The notes beneath the pieces were generated by a model. That model worked only from the letters and a program-made list of their open reading frames with translations. It made no database searches and was not told where the DNA came from. Below are positions 9,130 to 19,816 of a stretch of DNA of 20,000 nt, in pieces. Both the position numbers and the translations under genes were made by a program. The stretch lies in the NCBI GenBank assembly GCA_026023565.1, contig JAPETS010000057.1, forward strand, positions 123,658 to 143,657. Direction: 5' to 3'. This DNA comes from Cirrosporium novae-zelandiae (Eukaryota). Numbering within the stretch: position 1 is the stretch's first letter; each line of letters opens with the position of its first letter.

Positions 9130-12100
9130 TCATAATCCACCAACAAATAGCCTGTATCCGCTAGCCGGAGCACCGATTTCACACACATCACAGACCTTGC
9201 ATACCGTGCCCTTGAATTCAGGAACATACCTTGAACCATCAAAAGGACAAGTCACACTTGGAGCATTACCGTAAATAGGCTTATAAGAGGCAGCACAGAC
9301 ATCAAATTCTGCAAAGTGGTCGAACTCAATATCAATCTTATCGTGGGGATTCCGTTCACACTGGTTTTTGATCTTACGAGCCTGGACAGTTTCGTTAGTT
9401 TAGTCACCAATCAAAAAGATATTTGTATCGTACCTGGTCTAAAAGTTTTTGGGATCCGCCGTTAGCTAACATCCGATTCGCAAAGTTCAAAGCGGATGAG
9501 TAATTTTTATTTGTCAGAGACTGCTTCATCGCAGCCATGAGAGCTAGTTGCCGATGAGCTACTTCGAGCTTTGGTATCGTGAACAGTGCGGATAACTCCA
9601 AATTCCTCTTCAAGTTCTCCTCAGAGCCAGTCCCGAGAGACCGACGGTGGAGCTCTATTGACATTGCAATAGTATATTCAGTTGCTTTTGATATTATCCT
9701 CATAGCCTCATCAGCGTCTGCCTGAGAAGAAACAGCATTCACGAGCAAGCAATGCAGGATTCGCTTGAATATTTTGACTCCATCCTCGAGCTTGTTGGTT
9801 CTCATGGCCGTATAACCTTCCTGCAGATCTTTTTGTGCAATAGACTCTAGGTTTCGAGGAATCATAGGCAGAATCTTACGAGTATCTGTCTCATCGACGG
9901 TTCTTCTCACATAGTTGACAAGAGGCGGTAAACCCACGTTTGCAGGTAAGTAGGTTTTGGAGGCTTCATAGATTTCCATGAACCGAGGTTTGAGAGGCTC
10001 AAAGTTGACTGCCCCAACTTGTCGGTTGAGGAGCTGCATTGCGGTTTCAAATGATCCAGCAGCAACATGGTCCGCCGCAACTGGCGAATTGCGTGCCCAC
10101 AATTCGGCCTCACTGGTGCCGGTGCCGGCCTCAGAACTCTCAACGTTAACAAAATCACTGTCGGCTTCCACGGTGATATCATCTCCCATGTCCCAGCCAA
10201 TAACTTCCTCATCGTCCTCCTGGCCTAGGGTATCAGCCGCTAAGGCTGTATCTTCGAAGGTATCATCGCCATCAAACCCATTTACAGCAGAAGGAATTTC
10301 TTCGTCTCCTCCAACTTCACCCAATAGTGCCTTTTCAAAGAAGGAATGGGAAGCTGTCTTTACAGGCCAGTTAACCTTGAATGTTGATACAATGGCTCTT
10401 GGCTTGCCGGCTGGAGTACCAAGAGGAGGAAGGTTGATCTGGTCTTCGCTAAGACCAGTGGCTTCCAGAATTGAGGCACATTCTTCAGTCATATTGTTGG
10501 CCTTTGCGGCCATATAAGCCAAAGGATCTTTGTAGATCAGATCAGTATATGTCAAAATAATAAGCGAGCAGGAAATTACTCACAAAGGTCAACATCCTTG
10601 AACATCTGTATCCTACCCTCCACGTCGCCCCTATAAAGAGCATTTTGGAACTGGGACGTAAAATCGCCTCGATGTTCTGCAATTTTCGCCATTCGAGAAA
10701 GCTTCTCATCATCACCAGTAGTGAGATAAAGGAACGATAGCTTATCGAAATTGTGCAATTTTTGATAAGTCATCTCTACGATCTGGTGATTTCCATGGGC
10801 AAGCGCTTCAGTACCAAGGCGCATCCACAATTTCGGTCGGTCAAGTTGCTTCGCCATCTCCACGGCGACGTCCAGGTTCCCGCATTCAATAGCAAGCTCA
10901 AATCTAGTTTGAGGATCCTGTACGAATTGCAAGGCAATTTCAGGATAGCCTTTCTTCTGCAAATAGGAGATTATGCTTTGGCCAACCAGACTAGATGTCT
11001 TAATAATTTGCAGCATTTCGTCGTAACTCCTCTTGACCAATGCTAACTTGAATCGATATTCGGTGGGATCAATAGTAAGAATCTTGGGCTTCGCAGCCCT
11101 GTCAAGACAGTAGACATGCTTTCCTTTGACTCTAACCAAGTACATTGTTTGATCAAGGGTCCTAACAATTCCATTATCGCCATTGAGCAGTGTATATTTC
11201 ACATGGTTTAGTGTGGAATAGAGCAGGACACCCGAATCATCCCAAGAGGCGCTTTTGATTCTAATGGTCTCATGGAGAGTGCTAACCTGGGCTAGAGCCT
11301 TTGTGACTATCGTTACGTTGTGCTTGCTCAGAAGTGCAGCATACTGGCCGTCTCCGGACCAGACCACGTACTTAACCCCGGTGACGCTAAGCTCTGCAAG
11401 CTGCTTCTTTTGTTGAATATCATAAAGATAGACGGTAGTTGGAGTAATTAGAAGCAGGCAGCCGGTCCCACCAAAGTATGCGTCAACTGTTCCCACTGGC
11501 GGTTTAATGGTCTTGGTAGTGGAGTTTGAAAGATCTTTAATATCAATTTGCTGGGTTGATTGATTGAAGACCGCAAATCGGTTCCTGGCCACAAAAACTG
11601 CCGAATTTCCTTGCCCGCGCTTGATATCCGTTGGCTCAACGGCACCGGATGCATCTCGCGGAAGGTGCATGAGCTCATACACGCCGCTGTCTGTCGGAGA
11701 TGTCACAAGTATCGCTCGTTCCGCAGGATTGTAAGACAAAGTCCGTGGAGGTACCCAAGGATTTCCAAGGTTCTTCAGAGACAGCATAGGGGGCGACTCG
11801 ATGTTTCGTTGGAAATCGTATGACTTGACATGCTTATCCTTGGTAATGTAAAACAACTGTTGTTGATGAACTGCAGAGGCAGGTCTTTCTCGTTCAAGTT
11901 TGAAGACCATAACGCCATTGTCGTGGCCAGCTGCGAAAAGGTTAATTTCAGGATGGGCGGCGATAACCCAAAAACGATCATTCTCGCGTTTGAAAGATTG
12001 AACAGATGTGCGTTTATTGAGATCCCAGACACGAATAGTCTTGTCTTCCCCAACAGATAATATAAGGTCTTGATGAGGGTGGAATAGGCAGGCAGAAGCG

Positions 12101-13086
12101 TTTTGGAAGTGGCCGCGACATGTGTCAACCTCCCAAGCCTTGGTTTCTATAACGTGTTAAGAAGTTTTCAAACCATAAGCTGGGAGACATACCACTCATC
12201 CTCCAAAGCTTAACGAGCCTGTCATCGCCAGCGGATATAATCAGCGGCAATGTTGGATGGAAGGACACCCAGTTAACGCCCCTATCGTGACCCTCTAAGA
12301 CAAACTTCACCACGGCGTCCGTATTTCCAAACATATCTGCCTGGTTGGCATTGGATCTGGCCATTTGATCCTCGAATGTCATAGACGTCGGCGCAGAGTG
12401 TTTTTTTCTTAAGCCTGAAATATCCCATACCCTGACTGACTGATCCAAGGACGCAGAAACTACCAGGTCTTCTTTGGGGTGAAACTGAGCGCACATAACG
12501 TAGTGATTGTGTCCGGTCATCGTACATACTAATTTAATATTAGCAGCAATCCGGAGCTAAAGCAATTAGAGGCCACTCACTCAACGATCTATTTTGCCAA
12601 TTCCATATTCTTATGGTCTGGTCATCTGAACTAGAAAGGATCCATGGAAGCTCATGGTGGAAGAAAACGGTTCGCACGTAGTCTAAATGACCATTCAACG
12701 TGAACAGACATCGTCTGGTTTGGTACGACCAGACTTTGATCTTGTAATCGTCTCCCCCGGAAACGAACAAGGGTTGTGTTTTATGAAAATCGATTCCTCG
12801 TACAGGTCCATCATGCTCCTCGAACCGATCGATAAGGGTCCCCATACGGTAATCCCATAACTGAATTGTAGAAGAATGAAGCGAGACAAGAATCCATGGC
12901 CTGCATAAGATTAGCACAATGTTAAAAGCAAAATCGCAATTCGGTGAGAGGACCTTTTGGGGTGAAAGGCAATGCCCTTGGCTCTTGAAGATTTTGACTC
13001 GAACTAGAAATTATATGTCAGTGTTGTGTAAACCTCTATAGCTTAGATAAACACACCTTTGTTAACATGGTTGGAGAGGACTGCAT
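9130..13086 (-). CDS. COP1: Coatomer subunit alpha (alpha-COP; COP1/RET1/SEC33), 1214 aa, 7 exons
   Basis: Exons 13086-13057, 13003-12954, 12900-12581, 12528-12193, 12146-10584, 10527-9434 and 9381-9130 join in one frame (3645 nt). N-terminus [37 protein letters not shown]40 repeats ([20 protein letters not shown]), [22 protein letters not shown], and Cys-rich C-terminus [17 protein letters not shown]. Confidence 0.98.
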
Positions 13087-13752
13087 GTTGGGCAGATGTT
13101 AAAGCAGGGCTGCGGCCGCAGCTCCTCAAAACAAGTGAAATGAACAACCACGAAAACTATGTGTAGATAGTTGCAGGCTTTCATTCAAGCTCCCAGATCA
13201 TTGAAACATGTCAGTAGGTCCGCAACCCAAGATCTAAGCCAGCTGAGGTTGGTAAATCTGGAGGTTGAGACTCTTTTCCAGAACCGCCAATGGTTTGCTG
13301 TCCAGAAAGGGTTCGCTTAACAAGGGCGGACTTGACTCCGACTCCGTGGCCTCTTCTCTCCCGCCGTCTCCACATCCACCAATCCACCCTTCGTTCAATT
13401 TTGGAGGATAGCAGACAAAAAATACCGGCTACTGCTCCAGGTCCCCATCATTGAGCAGCAAGCTGGACACTTTAATTAACTACAAAAATATCGGATGATG
13501 TTGCCAGTATTCTATTTTCCCCCTTAGGATGGTGGAAGACCCGATTACCTTCCATTCTTGCTTATTAACAGTCAGACCCGGGTATGGGTGACATACCAAA
13601 TAGACATGATTTCCTTCCTGGTCATATATCAACCCCGATTTCAATTGCACCTCTCAGGCAGCTCGAAGTAACTTGAAATTTTGGCTAGTGGTTTCGAGAA
13701 TATTTAACCCGGACATTGAATATATATATTTCGACACAGGATATATTTCAGG

Positions 13753-14499
13753 ATGTATAGGTCACGGAAAAATGAGAGCGCCCAGCGGAAGCAACAGACA
13801 AGGAATTTGTGGACTCGCCCAACTATGCCTAGTCCACCTAGTTCCAGGAGCAGTACATCAACGCCTAGCGTTCCATCGCAATGCCAAGACGATGACGATG
13901 ATAATGAGCAAGAGTCTACCGAGTATCCGGAACTGGAATTACCCCGCGACGAATTACAAATAGAGGATCTTTCAGATGGAGACATGATTGATGATACAAA
14001 CATCGAGATTCTCAAACCAGACCAATATGAAGAGCCCAGTTCTGACCAGGATGAGACAGGAAGCCAGCTCCCAAGCCGTTCTTCCTCTACAAGCAGCAAC
14101 TCAAGCCGAAATATAATTACAGCTCTTCAGTCAATGAATTGCAGCCCAGATGACCGTTCCCCTGTACTGAAACCTTGCCTTTCCAAACGGAGGGAAACGA
14201 TATCAAACCTCGCGCCTTCTAAACGCTCTTACAGTGAGAGTTTTGATTATAGCGATGATAGCGCAGAAGGCTATACCCGCGCTTCAGTTTATCCTATAAG
14301 AGGAAGACGAAGAATTCGGAGACGCATTGATGGTACCGTACGGTCTTCACCGTTTACGTCGGATGGCGGTACACCCTCAAGGTTGTCTGGAATCAACACT
14401 TCCAGGTCTGCGTCAATTGTCTCGGGCCATATTACACAGGATGGCTCTCCAGCGCCACAGGATTTCTCCTTGGGGCATGAATCCATGGATGTTGATTGA
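13753..14499 (+). CDS. Uncharacterised Ser/Arg/acidic, probably disordered protein (248 aa, single exon), divergent from COP1
   Basis: Long ATG-initiated ORF with acidic motif IEDLSDGDMIDDTNIEILKPDQYEEPSSD, basic cluster RGRRRIRRR (NLS-like), many SP/TP sites and C-terminal ESMDVD. The start codon is uncertain. Confidence 0.7.
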   Translation: MYRSRKNESAQRKQQTRNLWTRPTMPSPPSSRSSTSTPSVPSQCQDDDDDNEQESTEYPELELPRDELQIEDLSDGDMIDDTNIEILKPDQYEEPSSDQDETGSQLPSRSSSTSSNSSRNIITALQSMNCSPDDRSPVLKPCLSKRRETISNLAPSKRSYSESFDYSDDSAEGYTRASVYPIRGRRRIRRRIDGTVRSSPFTSDGGTPSRLSGINTSRSASIVSGHITQDGSPAPQDFSLGHESMDVD

Positions 14500-15464
14500 A
14501 TAAGTACCATGAATTCCTGTCTTCCAATATTTCACCCTATTCTACTATAAATTATATATTTTTAGCCTGTATGTACAATACCCTCCCCTCTTAGATAATT
14601 AACAAAATCCCATTCCTTGCTAAAGCTAAAAAGGTTTGACTTCAAGGTGCTATCATCCTAAAAGTGCAGGTTATACTTTGAAGGCATCTTCATATGCCAT
14701 GTACAAACGCAACTTCTAGCTGGATATTTAAAGAGCCTTCTCCGATCATGCAACTGGAAAATATATTGTTGAAGATATCGACATAGAATCTATGTGTAGA
14801 AACACATTGGATCATGGGCGAGTTATTTCGTCAGGCGATGTCCTCCCGGACGCATTCTTAATGTTCAGCCATGTAGGAAGGCCAAACTATCCTACCCGTT
14901 CAAGATCTGTTCAATTATGCTAGTGAATGCCAAGGCCAAACTATGAATTTTCTATCAAATCTATTTGGCGTGAAGGGTTCCCTGTCGAGCACCTTCAAGG
15001 TCACCAAGTGTACGTAGCTATCAATTTTTTACTCAAGGAGCAAAAGCTGTGTGAATATGTTATTTTACATGAGTGTGTCTGGATGATTGATACTGGAAGA
15101 AATATCAATGGTTTTCATGAGGAAACCAACATCACGGAAACGTCCATCCTATTCCATTGACATGATACATAAGCTTCAAGTTATAACTCGTTAATTACAT
15201 TGAATCATCGCCGAGAGAAATCAGATATCGACGTTTATGCGATTGTCCTTCGTTTCTGGCGCGACTGACCACTTACGATCCTATGACGTAGTTTATCTGG
15301 GGTAAGCTTTCCCAGTTTGGCGCGTACTCTCGCGTGTTTTCTGCAGAACTATGTCACACTATTACTCCTCTTCTGATCTTCATCCTACATCCAGCTACTT
15401 TCCTAGCTTCAGACGACTTCTAACTGATTAGCACATTGAAAATTACACCAATTGATCTGACACG

Positions 15465-17129
15465 ATGGTGGAAACTCGACGCTCCGCTCGCCAAGCTGCC
15501 GCTGGAAATGGTGCTAGGAGCCCCCCCAAGGCGCAAACGTCGGCTTCTAGTTCCAAGAGGAAGTCTACAGCTTCTACTAATTCGCCGAAAAAACAGCAGA
15601 AGACCATCGAGGAGACGCTGACTAAAGACAATACCAATTTAGAAGAGAATGTTAAGCTAAAGATTGACGATTCTCAACCCGCAAACACTACTGGTAAGGC
15701 CAGTCAAAAGGAGCCAGTCAAAGATTCCAAGGAAGAAACAGGCCATGCAAATAACGGAGTTACATCAGAGGATGTTGAAATGACCAAAGGTGATGTTGAG
15801 CCAGAAAAGGAAAGCAATCAACAATCCGTAAACCAAGCCGAGGTCTCGGCAGATGATGGTACCACGGCCCTCCAGAACGAGGGCGAAACCAATGAATATT
15901 CCATGAATGGTAACCAGATGAAGGGCTCTTCCACGATGGATAAAGCTAAAGAAGTTGAACCTCTAGAGACTAAATCTACCGCTGGAAAAGAAGAGGAAGG
16001 TTCCAACAAACGTTCCAAGAAAGCTATGGCGGAAACTAAAAAGCCTAAGGAGGGGGCTGTGATAGCTTCGGGTCGAGAAGAAGTAGTCCCCTCCAACATA
16101 CTTGAAAAGGGCATAATATACTTCTTCTTTCGTGGTCGGGTTGGTATTGACGAACCTCAAGAGGTATCCGACATTGCACGCAGTTATATTGTGCTAAGAC
16201 CTCTCCCTCATGGCGCCAAACTAGGTGACGGTCCAATTAGTGACACGGGAAATAATCGATTCATCGCTTTACCTAAGAAGGTCCTTCCACTCAGCCATCG
16301 CGATAGGTTTATGCTATTCGTGGAAAAAGCCAAAACCTCCCTTCAAGAGATCAAAGAGAACCATTTGGCAGGGTCGGACTATGAAACCAAGACTGCTGGA
16401 ACCAGACACACCCCTCCCGCAACTCCTATTGCTGAGGGAATTTATGCAATCACAACTACTGGAAGGGGGTCCCACCTCGCATATATCTTAACGGTTCCAT
16501 CGAATGGGCTTGGTGAGGTGCAGAAAGATATGGGACTTCGGGAGCGTGGAAGCTTCGTAACGAGTGTCAAAAATCCACAATATCCTGGCCCAACAAATGC
16601 GGCTCTTCCTCAAGGACCAGACTATCCCAAGGAGTAAGTACTAGTACTATCATATCGTTGACGGCATGCTTATAGAGTACTCCCAGGCTCCTCGACGAGT
16701 TTAAGAGTCTACGCTGGATACCACTTCAACCAAAGTTCCTAGACTACCCGAATACACAATTTCTAATAATTGGAGAAGGGTTAGAGGATATCAGCAAAAC
16801 TACAGAACCACAACCAAAAGACAAGAAACACGATAAGGAAACTCCTTTAGAGGAGATGGAGAAACTAGAGGACGAGGATCAAATCCGGGTTGAACATTTG
16901 AAAGGTTCGTATATACACCCATCTAAGCTACCCTTTTAGTAAGCCTGAACGCCGGGGAAATTAGGATACTAAGTAGCCCAACCCATTGTTTTAATTTCAC
17001 TCTTACCACAGTTCGCTATCCGTTATCTTCGCGTTCCAACTACTAATTCTGCTTGTAGGTGACGATTCTGTATTCGATGACCTGAGTCTCAGTTCCAAGG
17101 AATACCCAAAAGTGCCTACTACCTGGTAA
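15465..17129 (+). CDS. Conserved fungal protein of unknown function (485 aa, 3 exons); disordered charged N-terminal half plus conserved C-terminal domain
   Basis: Exons 15465-16633, 16687-16904, 17059-17129; introns GTAAGT..CAG and GTTCGT..ACTAAT..TAG; frame is open. Conserved-looking block ILEKGIIYFFFRGRVGIDEP...RSYIVLRPLP...LPKKVLP...IAEGIYAI...SHLAYILTVP...SVKNP...FKSLRWIPLQPKFLDYPNTQFLIIGE. I recall this family is often labelled 'BTB domain transcription factor', but no BTB motif is visible. Confidence 0.88.
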
Positions 17130-17419
17130 GCCCACTTGTTAGAGGTCTAGAATTTGTAGGTTAGGTATGGTCAACAGGGACAAAAAAGGTCATTGCGCAG
17201 GGAGTCGTGTATTTTGAATAGGATTTTATCCAGAATCCTTGGCGAGTATTGGATTTTTTAACCTCGTTATATGCTCAAGGCGAGGATATTTCCTGTTAAT
17301 AAAATAAAAATTTAAATTAAAAAGGCCTGAATCGCATCATGTGTTGACCTCCTTTGTGGTATTTCCTTTGAAAATATTTGAACCCCAAATCATTCATTAG
17401 ATATCCATCAGTCATTATC

Positions 17420-17509
17420 CAGCTTCACTATTCAACTTTACAATCAACTTCACATTCAGCTTCACTATTCCACTTTATTAATCAACTTTACTGTCCAGTT
17501 TTACTATTC
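17420..17509. repeat. Degenerate 12-13-bp minisatellite with 37-39-bp higher-order period, upstream of the BTB gene
   Basis: CAGCTTCACTATT CAACTTTACAAT CAACTTCACATT | CAGCTTCACTATT CCACTTTATTAAT CAACTTTACTGTC | CAGTTTTACTATT; higher-order units start at 17420, 17457 and 17496. Confidence 0.75.
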
Positions 17510-17589
17510 TTCATTATTCTACTACTTCTCCTGAGTTAAAACTCACCCCTTCTCCAGGGTTAGGTCAGATTAGATCCATCATCCACCCC

Positions 17590-18816
17590 ATGTCACATAT
17601 GTCACCCAGTACAATGTTTCCAGTTCCCTCAAATTCGAACCAGACTATTACTCTTGAAACCACACCGATGACCATCAGCATAGCAGAAAGACCTAAAGAT
17701 GAGTCCAATACGAGCATCCTCACGAAACATTATAAGAAATTAGCCGAGTGGAGTCAAAAGGGTATTATCACCCAACGAGCTGCGTAAGTGAATCTTCGCT
17801 TTTTTTTCTCTCCTCCCCTCTCTCGAAAAGAAAACCTAACCTTTACACTAACAATCACGCATCAATCAGCCTGCTAGAATCCGGTGAATACTCAGACATG
17901 ATAATATCCTGCGGCGACCACATCTGGAACGCCCACAAGAATATTATTTGTCTAGTTTCAAGAGTTTTGAGGATAGCTCTTAGTGACTCGTTCAAGGTCA
18001 GTCAGTCAGTCATTTAGTTATCTAGTCAGCTACCCGCTCCATTAGCATCTCCTTTATGTCGATCAGATCCCTAAAGGCACATGTATATATAGCATATCAA
18101 CACTAACACCCCCACCACAGGAAGGCCAAGAACAAAACTACAACTTCAAGGGAACCGACCCCCGCACAATCCAAGCAGTCCTCCACTACATATACACAGG
18201 CGACTACAGCGACACCCTCCAAGACTACCAACCCGGTGGCAAATTCTCCCTAGACAAATTCACCAACAACACCCCCACCTCCACCCCTACCTCCTTCCCC
18301 CCCCTCTTCTTCGCCAACCTCCACCTCTACACCTTCGCCCACATCTACGAAATCCCCACCCTCCTCCCCCTCGCCCTCTCAAAATTTGCCCGCCAAACCA
18401 ACAACCTCTGGACCGATTCCCTCGCCTTCCCAGCCCTCTTAGAAGCCATATCCCAACAAGCCGACGAGGGCTACGACGTCAGCCCTTTACTTAGTATTGC
18501 ACACCTTGTCTGCGCTAAACATCCGGATGTGCTGTTAGGGAAGGAGGAGATGAGGGGGTGGTTGGATGCGAATGGGGAGTTTGGACGGGGGGTGCTGGAG
18601 GAGACGATTATGTTGGGGAAGTTTGGGGGTGGGAAAGTTGCGTTGCGGTTTTGTAGAAAGTGTTCTCGGAAGAGGGTTGTGGCGGGGGGAAGTGGGGGTG
18701 GGGATCGCTGTGGGGTATGTGGGGGGCAGACTACTTTAGGGGAGAGTATGGAGGGGGATGGGGATGGGGATGGGGATGGGGATGGGCGGAAGGTTGGAAA
18801 GCAAGGGGAAAGATAG
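17590..18816 (+). CDS. BTB/POZ domain protein (338 aa, 3 exons) with C-terminal CxxC..CxxC and (GD)n tail
   Basis: Exons 17590-17783, 17870-17996, 18121-18816; introns GTAAGT..ACTAAC..CAG and GTCAGT..ACTAAC..CAG. Fungal BTB signature LLESGEYSDMIISCGDHIWNAHKNIIC...LSDSFKEG...DPRTIQAVLHYIYTGDY, then LHLYTFAHIYEIPTLLPLALSKF. Which ATG in exon 1 is the true start is uncertain. Confidence 0.88.
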
Positions 18817-19436
18817 GGGGGGAAGAGTAGAGGATGGGGGAGGAGGGGGTGGCGGAAGGGTAGGTGGAGGGGGGGTTGATATCAATTGGATTGAGTTGGA
18901 TCGGGGGGTTCTTTTACACTTTACTACGTACCTACGCATAGTACATGCTTAGGCTGTGTATATGATAATACTAAGTATCTAAATCCCGTTTACGATTACG
19001 ATTACCGATTATCAACCTAATATCTGCTTTCCTTAACACTACTATTTTACATAAGTACCTAGATATGTAGTAGGTAAGTACCCAACTAGAGGAGATGTCC
19101 AGGGGAGGGAGAGGTTGGGGAAGGAGGGGAAGAGAAGTTAGGAGGGAGAGTCCCTCACCCATGATCATAACGATAATCATAATTATATAGATCTATATAA
19201 AAAACCAATAAACCGTCTAGCCCAATAAAATCAAAAATCCAACAATGAGACTATGCTTTTTCTTTTCTTTTTTTTTCCCACATATCCTTAGGTTTCAATT
19301 CACCTAACTATTACCACATAACTAGGTTATATATATATATATATCCCTATATTTCCATATCCCTTTTTTGGGGGGGGGGGGCTTGGTTAGGGTATAGATG
19401 TATAGAGGTATAGATGTAAGGAGGTGTGAGGTGAGG

Positions 19437-19564
19437 GTGTAAGAGTGTAAGAGTGTAAGAGTGTAAGAGTGTAAGAGTGTAAGAGTGTAAGAGTGTAAGA
19501 GTGTAAGAGTGTAAGAGTGTAAGAGTGTAAGAGTGTAAGAGTGTAAGAGTGTAAGAGTGTAAGA
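19437..19564. repeat. Perfect octanucleotide tandem repeat (GTGTAAGA)16
   Basis: 128-nt uninterrupted tract. Confidence 0.97.
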
Positions 19565-19784
19565 GATACTTAATTAATTACTATAGTATAGTTTACCTAG
19601 GTACCTAGTTATACAAAAAAAGCCCTTCTCCCGCGATACCCCCCTCAATCGAAAACCAGCAAACTGCAATATATAGATATTTTGCGTGTTGTTTTTTTTT
19701 CACTCTCACAAAGTCTCTGTCCATCCCGTCCATCCCATCCCAAAAACCATATAAACTCGAATAACTCCAGATTTTTTTCCCTTA

Positions 19785-19816
19785 TTGGGTTAGGTTGGGT
19801 TAGGTTGGGTTGGGTT
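19785..19816. repeat. Short pentamer tract (TTGGG/TTAGG)6, telomere-like and G-quadruplex-prone
   Basis: TTGGG TTAGG TTGGG TTAGG TTGGG TTGGG TT; contains four GGG runs. Confidence 0.75.

Noticed and set aside
9907..12889. Several 60-180-aa ORFs overlapping COP1 in other frames or on the other strand
   Set aside because: Shadow ORFs of a long conserved CDS.
14927..15160. 77-aa ATG-initiated intergenic ORF
   Set aside because: Short, no recognisable motif or splice partners; cannot be supported without expression data.
15283..15340. CRE-like TGACGTA and CGCG words upstream of the 15465 gene
   Set aside because: Single short motifs are expected by chance; not reportable without conservation data.
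18736..19180. Pro-rich and Gly-rich short ORFs at the end of the BTB gene
   Set aside because: Products of G-rich low-complexity sequence.
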